32,000 nucleotides of DNA. Source: Aeropyrum pernix K1. GTDB taxonomy: Archaea; Thermoproteota; Thermoprotei_A; Sulfolobales; Acidilobaceae. The notes beneath the pieces are model-generated. The model worked only from the letters and a program-made list of their open reading frames with translations, searched no databases and was not told the DNA's origin. Position 1 is the stretch's first letter. Each line of letters begins with the position of its first letter. The position numbers and the translations under genes were made by a program. Of the stretch, positions 1 through 7,046 are shown one piece after another. The stretch is from the NCBI RefSeq assembly GCF_000011125.1, contig NC_000854.2, positions 240,001 through 272,000 of the forward strand, read 5' to 3'.

Positions 1-503
1 TCGCCATTGGGGATCTCGTTGTGGAGCCTCTCTCCGGGGATACTGTTAGGGAGAACGGGCTCGACCTCAGGCTCGGCAGAGGGTTCTGCAGGTTCAAGCG
101 GTCTGATAGGGTGTTGGACCCTAGGGCTCCTGGGAGTCCCGGCGAGTTCTACGAATGCGGTGAGGGCGACGAGATTATAGTCGGGCCGGGGGAGCACATG
201 CTCCTCCACACCCAAGAGTACATCAGGCTCCCGGGCTACGTGGCAGGCCTGGTGAACCTCAGGAGCACCTGGGCGAGGACGGGCATCTACATCCCCGCCA
301 CCGTTGTGGACGCCGGGTTCGAGGGCCAGCTAACCATAGAGGTGGTGGGCTCCGGGTTCCCAGTCAAACTCTACCCCGGGGACAGGTTCCTACACCTGGT
401 CCTGGTGAAGCTGCAGAGCCCCGCCATGAACCCCTACAGGGGCAGATACCAGGGCCAGAGGGGCGTGAGGCTGCCTAAGCTCTTCGCGAAAAATACCGGC
501 TAA
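1..503 (+). CDS. dcd: dCTP deaminase / dUTPase-fold protein, 5' end truncated by the window
   Basis: Motif NLRSTWARTGIYIPATVVDAGFEGQLTIEV matches the dCTP deaminase/dUTPase core. The reading frame stays open upstream of the listed GTG at 21 (A-I-G-D-L-V-V-E-P), so the start lies outside the window. Stop TAA at 501-503. Confidence 0.93.
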   Translation, partial: AIGDLVVEPLSGDTVRENGLDLRLGRGFCRFKRSDRVLDPRAPGSPGEFYECGEGDEIIVGPGEHMLLHTQEYIRLPGYVAGLVNLRSTWARTGIYIPATVVDAGFEGQLTIEVVGSGFPVKLYPGDRFLHLVLVKLQSPAMNPYRGRYQGQRGVRLPKLFAKNTG

Positions 504-819
504 CCTCGGAGACTGCTAGGGATGCTGTAGACGCCAGTAGCGGATAGTACAGGAAGGGCAAGAGTCCGGCGAGACCAGCTATGCCGACCTGGAGCCTCAT
601 AGCATCTAGTAGTGGGGCTGAAGCTGCAGCCACAAGCACGTAGCCTATAAGCGACGAGCAGGCTGATACTAGTGGGCGGAGTCTCGTGGAGAATAGGGAC
701 ACTATAGCTGATGCCAGTGGCGGCAATACTATTGAGAGCGGCGGTGGAAGTAGTAGGGATAAGACGGCGAATGCCACTGCCCCTATAACCAGCGCCTCCA
801 AAACGCCTCTGGAGACCAC
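475..819 (-). CDS. small hydrophobic, probably integral membrane protein
   Basis: 114 aa ORF with several hydrophobic stretches (LVIGAVAFAVLSLLLPPPLSIVLPPLASAIVSL, LIGYVLVAAASAPLL, LLPFLYYPLLAS). It starts 6 nt after the penicillin acylase stop on the same strand. No family recognised. Confidence 0.6.
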   Translation of the reverse strand: MVSRGVLEALVIGAVAFAVLSLLLPPPLSIVLPPLASAIVSLFSTRLRPLVSACSSLIGYVLVAAASAPLLDAMRLQVGIAGLAGLLPFLYYPLLASTASLAVSEVSRYFSRRA

Positions 820-825
820 CTTGCA

Positions 826-3399
826 TCATCCCCCTCTGAAAACTATTTTGGCGCCCCCGGGCGGCTCGCCTCCAACGGTCAGTATATGGTATTCTCCGCG
901 GCAGTAGCCCCAGTAGAGGTTGTCGTAGAAGCTTGATAGCGGCACTCCGCTAGAGCCTCCGGGTAGGCTCATGTAGAGCATTGTCGTGGAGAGGTCCGCA
1001 ATAAGCCTCACGCTCGGGCCAGCCTCGACTGGCGCACCACGGGTTTCGGACACGCTGCTTGGAGGTGCTACATTAACGGTGAACGGCCCACCCGGCGCGG
1101 GACATTCTCCGAAGCCCAGAGCTTCAGACAGGAGGTGTTCAGGGTTGTAATAGTGCATCTCCCCATACACCCAGGCCTCAGGGTTGGGGGAAGCGAAGAA
1201 GGTTTCTGACGTCTTCACCGCCCTCTCCACGGACCTGTTAACCATCCCCTCTAGAGTGCCCTCCGGGAAATAGTTGAAAACCCAATCCTCGCCCCTAAGG
1301 TACGCCTTGAGAGCCTTCTCAGCATACTCCAGCTTGATAAACCTCCAGTGCTCCTCCGAGCCGTAGAGGCTCTCCCAGAAGTCGCGGGCGAAGTACCATG
1401 AAGCGAGGAGGGCAAGAGTGGGTTTGTAGTCGTCTACATTCATTTGGGGATTCTCCGCCCACTCTGCCAGCATGTCCATATACCTTTCGAGCACATGCCC
1501 GCCATCCCCCGATGCCACCCTCACCATGAGAGATACCAGGGTCTTGAGCCCCAGGTCCTCGACGTCCAGCTGTATATCCCTCATGTCACCAGCATCGAGA
1601 GGTTCCTCCGCTGATCTCTCTTGGAGAAGAGTGTAGATCCTCTCAGTTCTGAACCTGTCCGCGTAGTCCCAACCTAGCCCATCCCAGCAACCGTCTTCGA
1701 ATGGTTTGCTGTTTGCCGTAGCCACAAACCCTTGCGGAGGGTTGAAGAGGACGGGGAGGCTTGAGTAGGGCTTGAACCCCCTCCACTCCCCTTCTCCAGC
1801 GCTGCCGTCGAAGGGTAGGAATCCCGTGTTAACAATCGGGCCGTAGCCCGTTTCAATAGTGGGTAGTGTAGCTCTTTCAGGGTATGCGCCGACGGGGCTA
1901 TAGGCTATATTCCCCGCCGAGTCAGCCACTACCATGTTCTGGGGCGGCCCGTAGAAGTATCTCTGCGCGGAGAGAGCGTCTCTAACGCTGCTAGCCTTAT
2001 TGAGGAGCCAGAGGAATATCATCTCGAAGGTCGGCCTGGCTGAGGTGTAGGAGACTGCGAACTTCTCACCCTGCCATTCTATAACTGGCCCGTGTATTGT
2101 TCTAGCCACACTTATCTCCTGGACTCTATAGCTCCGCGCCAGGGGGTCCCAGACGTACGCCTCGATACTAGACTTCTCCACGCCGAATATTCTACCTTTG
2201 TAGAAGTATCTGTTTTCATCGACCCACTGGTACCTGTAGAAGTCTGTGAAGTCACTGCCAACATTAGTGAAGCCCCATGCCACATGGGAGTTCCTACCTA
2301 TAACGACGAGTGGAACCCCGGGTATCGTCACCCCGGCCAGGCTATAGCTTGGGCTAGATATAACTATGGGTAGCCATATGCCGGGCGCTGTCAGGCTGAG
2401 GTGTGGATCGTTTGCTAGGAGCGGATTGCCAGAGACTGTCAGGCTCCCCGAGACGACCCAATTGTTTGAGGCGGCGTTCCAGGACAGCATGTAGAGTACG
2501 CGGTCCACTACGGCAGCTATAATCTCGGGGTCAGGATTGTAGCCTAAGTCGAGGGGCTCGGACTCGTGAAGAGGCTCCCGCCTCTCCTCCACGCTAAGTA
2601 GGGGGTTATACGGCCCCTCTAGCCCCGTCACATCTCCCCAGTCCACAGCCATATCGCAACTAGCGTGGGGCATGTTGAGGCTCCTCCCCACAATGTCGAA
2701 GTCAGCTATGACCTCGGGCCCCCACTTACGGACTAGCCTGTCCAGAATGAGGTCGTCCTCGCTGTAGGATAGCATGAGGGCCAGAACCTTAGCCATTGCT
2801 AGGGTGTCCTGGGGTAGCCAGGGGCTGGGCTTCACGCCCAAAACCCTGTACTCCACAGGAAGCCTACCCGTCTTGAGAGCATAGCTTATGTAACCGTTCA
2901 CCCCGGCAGTGTAGGCCTCAACAATCCTCACAATCTCCCCGAACTCCGGGTTATTCTGGATGTGCCTCCATTCAGCATCAACAACGCTCCGCAGGCCTAG
3001 TATGGCCGCCCTTCTATCGGCCTCAAGGCCGGCTTCGCCCACTAGGCCTGAGAGTTCTCCGAGACCAACCCTCCGGAACACATCCATCTGGAAGAGCCTG
3101 AGGCTCGCGTGCACCCAGCCAGCAGCGTAGAACGCTGCCTCGTCACTAGACGCGTGTATATAGGGCACCCCCTCGTCGTCGAAGTAAACCTTAGCCTCCC
3201 CTGGGATATCCTCGGGGAGGCTAAGCTCCCCCGATGGCGGGTCCAGGCCCAAGCCGCCTATGATCCCGTTTTTAGGGTCGAGGAGGGATGCTGCAAGAGG
3301 GTTTACAAGGGGGACGGAGAGGAGGATTATCGTGAGGAGGGCTGATACTACTGTGGCTCCACTCCTGGCCCATTGAGTCAAGATTGAAAAGCACCTCAA
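826..3399 (-). CDS. penicillin acylase family (Ntn hydrolase) protein with N-terminal hydrophobic segment or signal
   Basis: 857 aa. Contains FDDEGVPYIHASSDEAAFYAAGWVHASLRLFQMD and ASNNWVVSGSLTVSGNPLLANDPHL, which are typical penicillin acylase motifs with the nucleophile Ser in SNNW. Hydrophobic N-terminus SALLTIILLSVPLVNPLAA. Confidence 0.93.
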   Translation of the reverse strand: MRCFSILTQWARSGATVVSALLTIILLSVPLVNPLAASLLDPKNGIIGGLGLDPPSGELSLPEDIPGEAKVYFDDEGVPYIHASSDEAAFYAAGWVHASLRLFQMDVFRRVGLGELSGLVGEAGLEADRRAAILGLRSVVDAEWRHIQNNPEFGEIVRIVEAYTAGVNGYISYALKTGRLPVEYRVLGVKPSPWLPQDTLAMAKVLALMLSYSEDDLILDRLVRKWGPEVIADFDIVGRSLNMPHASCDMAVDWGDVTGLEGPYNPLLSVEERREPLHESEPLDLGYNPDPEIIAAVVDRVLYMLSWNAASNNWVVSGSLTVSGNPLLANDPHLSLTAPGIWLPIVISSPSYSLAGVTIPGVPLVVIGRNSHVAWGFTNVGSDFTDFYRYQWVDENRYFYKGRIFGVEKSSIEAYVWDPLARSYRVQEISVARTIHGPVIEWQGEKFAVSYTSARPTFEMIFLWLLNKASSVRDALSAQRYFYGPPQNMVVADSAGNIAYSPVGAYPERATLPTIETGYGPIVNTGFLPFDGSAGEGEWRGFKPYSSLPVLFNPPQGFVATANSKPFEDGCWDGLGWDYADRFRTERIYTLLQERSAEEPLDAGDMRDIQLDVEDLGLKTLVSLMVRVASGDGGHVLERYMDMLAEWAENPQMNVDDYKPTLALLASWYFARDFWESLYGSEEHWRFIKLEYAEKALKAYLRGEDWVFNYFPEGTLEGMVNRSVERAVKTSETFFASPNPEAWVYGEMHYYNPEHLLSEALGFGECPAPGGPFTVNVAPPSSVSETRGAPVEAGPSVRLIADLSTTMLYMSLPGGSSGVPLSSFYDNLYWGYCRGEYHILTVGGEPPGGAKIVFRGG

Positions 3400-3482
3400 C
3401 CCTGGACACTGTATTAGATAGCTACGTACAATATCACCCGGGGGCGTAGAAGGTGTTAAACGTTCAAGGGCGCCACGTATTG

Positions 3483-4481
3483 TCAGGACTCTGGCAGGAC
3501 CTCCCTTATAACCCTGGCTATATTGCCGTATGCTATAGCCTCTATCTGCCTGTCTGAGAGGCCAGCGTCGGCCAAGGCCTCTAGTAGGCGCGGCAGTCTA
3601 TCGATAGACTCTAACCCCGTGGGCGGCCTTATGTCGAGCAGGCCGTGGTAGTCTGTGCCTATTGCAAGGTGCCTGTGGCCATATACCTCCACGAACTCCG
3701 CCATCTGACTTGCAACATCGTGGAGCGTGGGGTGTCTCCCCCTTGTTATTAGGGTTGAGATTAGAGAGTAGCCTATCACCCCGCCTTTCGACACTACGGC
3801 CTCTACAGCCTCTTCACCCACGTTCCTCGGCGAGTCAACTTTCCACCTGAAGTTGGCGTGTGAAACTATAACGGGCTTGGGGGAGGCCGAGGCGGCATCA
3901 GCGACTGTCTTATCGCTGGCGTGGGCCAGGTCAATTATAACCCCCAGTTCTGCCGCCTTCTTAACCAGGTCCTCGCCGCTTTGGGTTAGGCCATAGTCCC
4001 TCCTGGTCTTGCAGCTCGCAGCCCAACGGTTGTCGTGGTTCCATGTAAGGCCTAAGCTTCTAAACCCCAGTCTGTGGAGGAGCTCGAGATCTAAGATGTC
4101 CGCTAGGGCGTCCGCCCCTTCGAGGTGTAGTAGAAGGCCCAGCCTCCAGCGAGGCGCCTCCAACACTTCCTGGGCCGAACGCCAGCTCTCGATTATCTCA
4201 ACCCCGTGGATGCTCGACAGAGCATAATACGTTTTAACCTGGTCCAGCAGCAACAGCCTTGAGGAAGAGGGGGTTGGATAGCCCTCCCCACCCTGGTAGA
4301 CATTTGACTCGGGAAACACTGCCGCGAACACGATCCTCACGTTAGCCCTAGAGTACTTGGGCAGGTCCGCCTGCCTCCCCTCCAGGTCCTCCGCATACCC
4401 TCCAAGAGGCTGGCCAGCACCCATGGAGGCGTAGTAGAAAGAGATGTCTTCGTGAAGGTCTACAACGGGGGGCGTCGCCAA
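3483..4481 (-). CDS. membrane dipeptidase / renal dipeptidase-like (peptidase family M19)
   Basis: 332 aa. Metal-ligand-type motifs DLHEDI, IDLAHASDKT, VSHANFR and AIGTDYHG. TTG start. Confidence 0.93.
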   Translation of the reverse strand: MATPPVVDLHEDISFYYASMGAGQPLGGYAEDLEGRQADLPKYSRANVRIVFAAVFPESNVYQGGEGYPTPSSSRLLLLDQVKTYYALSSIHGVEIIESWRSAQEVLEAPRWRLGLLLHLEGADALADILDLELLHRLGFRSLGLTWNHDNRWAASCKTRRDYGLTQSGEDLVKKAAELGVIIDLAHASDKTVADAASASPKPVIVSHANFRWKVDSPRNVGEEAVEAVVSKGGVIGYSLISTLITRGRHPTLHDVASQMAEFVEVYGHRHLAIGTDYHGLLDIRPPTGLESIDRLPRLLEALADAGLSDRQIEAIAYGNIARVIREVLPES

Positions 4482-4577
4482 GGGTCCGCCACCAAGTCCT
4501 CATTAAGCATATACCACTCCCTGTTATACACATATGTTCCAGAACATAGCCGATATACGGCTAGTGGTGGCTTCACT

Positions 4578-5948
4578 GTGCCCCCCCTTCCCCGCGAGCT
4601 CGAGTCGTTCATCCTGGAGAAGATGTCCCGCTATAGGATGCCCAGCCTTACACTATCGGCCTTTAAAGGGGGTGACGTGTTCCAAGCGTCCTACGGCTAC
4701 TCGAGCATAGAGAAGGGCTCACCTGCTAGTGTTGACACAGCGTATGGAATAGGGAGTATAACGAAGTCGTTCACAGCGCTAGCCGTACTCGCTCTGGAGG
4801 AAGAGGGGAAGCTCTCCCTGGACGACCCGGTGGGAAACCACCTGGGTATAGACCTCGAGGTGGAAGGCCAGCCTATAACTCTGGAGCACCTCTTAACCCA
4901 CACGTCGGGAGTACCGGCGACGGCCTATGCTGAGGCCCTTCTAAGGGGCTTCCTAGGTGTTGGGGGGTATTGGAAGCCCTACTCCAGGCCTTGGGACGCG
5001 GTCCTCTATCTTAAGAGGGCTATCGATAAGGGGTGGGCGGTTTCGAAGCCGGGGAGGAGGTTTTTCTACCTCAACGAGGGTTACGTTGCCCTGGGCATTG
5101 TGGTGGAGAGGTCCTCGGGCTACAGCTACGAGGAGTACATTAGGAGGCTAGTCTTCGAGAAGCTGGGGATGACGAGCTCGGGTTTCATAGGGGAGAGGCT
5201 GGAGCACGCTGCCACGCCCTACAAGCCTGGCGACAGGCTGGAGCCCGTGCCGCTCCCCGCCGGCATAACCGCTGACGGGGGTATAATGTCGACGGCGAGG
5301 GACATGCTGCGTTACGTAGAGAGTCTTGCCAGGGGCGAGTTCAGGGGTTACGCGGAGAGGATGGAGAAGCCTAGGGTTAGGGTCCCCTGGCAAGCCCTAG
5401 GGGGTGAAGCCTACGGCTATGGCCTCATAATCTACCCTGACTTCATGGGCGGCAGGCTGGCGAGCCATGGAGGCAGCCTCCTTGCCTACACGGCTTGGAT
5501 GGGCTACTCCACCAGGCTCGACTCCGGGGTTGTCCTCCTGTCGAACACCACGGGCTACCCCCTTGCAGCTATGGGGATGGCCGTGCTATCCGTCCTGTCA
5601 GGAGGCTCACACCTGGACCCCAAGCCTGTGAGGGCTCTTGAGATAGTGGAGAGGCTGGAGGGCTATTATGAGGGGTTCGACTCTAGCATCGCTTTCAACA
5701 TAAGAAGGGTTGGAACTGGGCTTCTGGTGGAGCCTGTGGGGGGCGTAGGCTCTCCAATGGCGCTGTCTCCACGTGAGATACCGGGGCCGGGTGAACTGGA
5801 GGCGGGTGAGGGTAGCGTGGTGTTCGTGTCACCCTACATGGGCGGTGTCCTCGAGGTGGAGTTCAACTGGAGTGGGGAGAGGGTTGAGGCCTTGCTTGAG
5901 AGGTACAGGTTGGTAAAGAGGGGGCCGGCTAGGATGCCTGGGGTCTAG
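4578..5948 (+). CDS. serine hydrolase, beta-lactamase/penicillin-binding fold (peptidase family S12-like) with C-terminal extension
   Basis: Catalytic motifs SITK (SxxK), YLN (YxN) and HGG are in the expected order. The track ORF starts at 4452, overlapping the divergent M19 gene. In-frame GTG at 4578 is a better-supported start (TATA-like cgatatacgg ends about 20 nt upstream). Confidence 0.88.
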   Translation: MPPLPRELESFILEKMSRYRMPSLTLSAFKGGDVFQASYGYSSIEKGSPASVDTAYGIGSITKSFTALAVLALEEEGKLSLDDPVGNHLGIDLEVEGQPITLEHLLTHTSGVPATAYAEALLRGFLGVGGYWKPYSRPWDAVLYLKRAIDKGWAVSKPGRRFFYLNEGYVALGIVVERSSGYSYEEYIRRLVFEKLGMTSSGFIGERLEHAATPYKPGDRLEPVPLPAGITADGGIMSTARDMLRYVESLARGEFRGYAERMEKPRVRVPWQALGGEAYGYGLIIYPDFMGGRLASHGGSLLAYTAWMGYSTRLDSGVVLLSNTTGYPLAAMGMAVLSVLSGGSHLDPKPVRALEIVERLEGYYEGFDSSIAFNIRRVGTGLLVEPVGGVGSPMALSPREIPGPGELEAGEGSVVFVSPYMGGVLEVEFNWSGERVEALLERYRLVKRGPARMPGV

Positions 5949-7045
5949 TAGCCTGTCCTACCCTTGTCCAGACGCTCCTCCAGGACGTCTAGCGGTATAG
6001 ATGCCAGGCCTGTGGCCGTGTCAGCCGCGCCGTAGCTCACGATAATCTCGCCGTCGACGAGCCACGCGCCGCATGGGAAGATTGTGTAGGGCCTGTCGCC
6101 AAACCTCTCCTCCAGAGTAGACGGCTCCATGATGTACTCTGGCGTCACCGCCTTCAGGACAAGCTCGCGCCCCTCCAGGTCAAGCTCGGCGGCCAACACC
6201 CTGTAAACCTGCTGCTCCGTGTCCACACCGTGGAGGAGCACAAGCAGGCTACCACCTTTGTAGCCGTTCACGGGGGTGGCCCATCCTATCTTCTCCTCGA
6301 AGGGGGCGGGATCCATAATCCTCCACACGGACTTAGGGGCCAGGGGGGATATAGGCCCCTCCGGCAGGCCGTCGGAGATGCCGGCGAGGAGGTGGAACCT
6401 CCCAGAGACGTCGTGGACCCTGTAGAACGCGAGGAGGATGCCGCGGTGGCTAAGGATGAAAGCGTTTTTAATGCTCGTGGCTAGCGGAGCCTCATCAGGC
6501 TCCAGTGTTATATAGGCCTCCTTAACCCACTCGCCGTTAGGGGCTCTTCTAACCGCGACAACCGGGAATGTCTGGCCCACGCTGGAGGAGTAGTATGCCA
6601 GCGTTCTCCCCGTGTACGTCAGCACATCGTGGCTGTTGACACTGGTGTAACGCGGGTCCTCAGCGCCCCAGAAGTCTATCCAATCCCCCGGCAGTACCTC
6701 CGGCCTAGCAGTATGTTTTTCCTCGCACCTGCTGCAACGGCCGGAGGAAATGTCCTCCAAGCCAATTCTTAGGCTTGCCACGAGGCTAACGTACTTGTAG
6801 TATCCCACGACAACCCTACCATAAACCTCCAGTCCCTCCCTCGCAAGCCTTAGTGTAGAGTTGAAGAAGGAGACAACTCTCCTAGTGGAGCCCCTTTCAA
6901 GCTCTACGTTCTCAGGCCTTATGTAGCCTATTCTCCTCGCAATATCCACCGTATGGCGCCGCCTATACCTCTCCGCCTCCGCACTGCCTGGAGCTTCCTT
7001 GAACCTCTCAGCAAGGCTCCTACGCATGTTAACCATATCCAGCAC
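5945..7045 (-). CDS. GH130-family type protein (beta-mannoside/mannooligosaccharide phosphorylase-like)
   Basis: 366 aa. Motifs GWATPVNGYKGGSLLVLLHG and GEIIVSYGAADTATGLASIPL resemble the C-terminal signature of GH130 proteins. Confidence 0.8.
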   Translation of the reverse strand: MLDMVNMRRSLAERFKEAPGSAEAERYRRRHTVDIARRIGYIRPENVELERGSTRRVVSFFNSTLRLAREGLEVYGRVVVGYYKYVSLVASLRIGLEDISSGRCSRCEEKHTARPEVLPGDWIDFWGAEDPRYTSVNSHDVLTYTGRTLAYYSSSVGQTFPVVAVRRAPNGEWVKEAYITLEPDEAPLATSIKNAFILSHRGILLAFYRVHDVSGRFHLLAGISDGLPEGPISPLAPKSVWRIMDPAPFEEKIGWATPVNGYKGGSLLVLLHGVDTEQQVYRVLAAELDLEGRELVLKAVTPEYIMEPSTLEERFGDRPYTIFPCGAWLVDGEIIVSYGAADTATGLASIPLDVLEERLDKGRTGY

Positions 7046-7046
7046 C

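Noticed and set aside
4452-4577. N-terminal 42 residues of the track serine hydrolase ORF
   Set aside because: Overlaps the start of the divergent M19 gene and lies upstream of a plausible TATA box; likely non-coding upstream sequence read through.
826-5948. Antibiotic-resistance island interpretation (penicillin acylase plus beta-lactamase-like)
   Set aside because: Family names are historical and the organism lacks murein. There are no mobility genes, so clinical-type resistance is not supported; only the broader amide-hydrolase cluster is kept as a finding.
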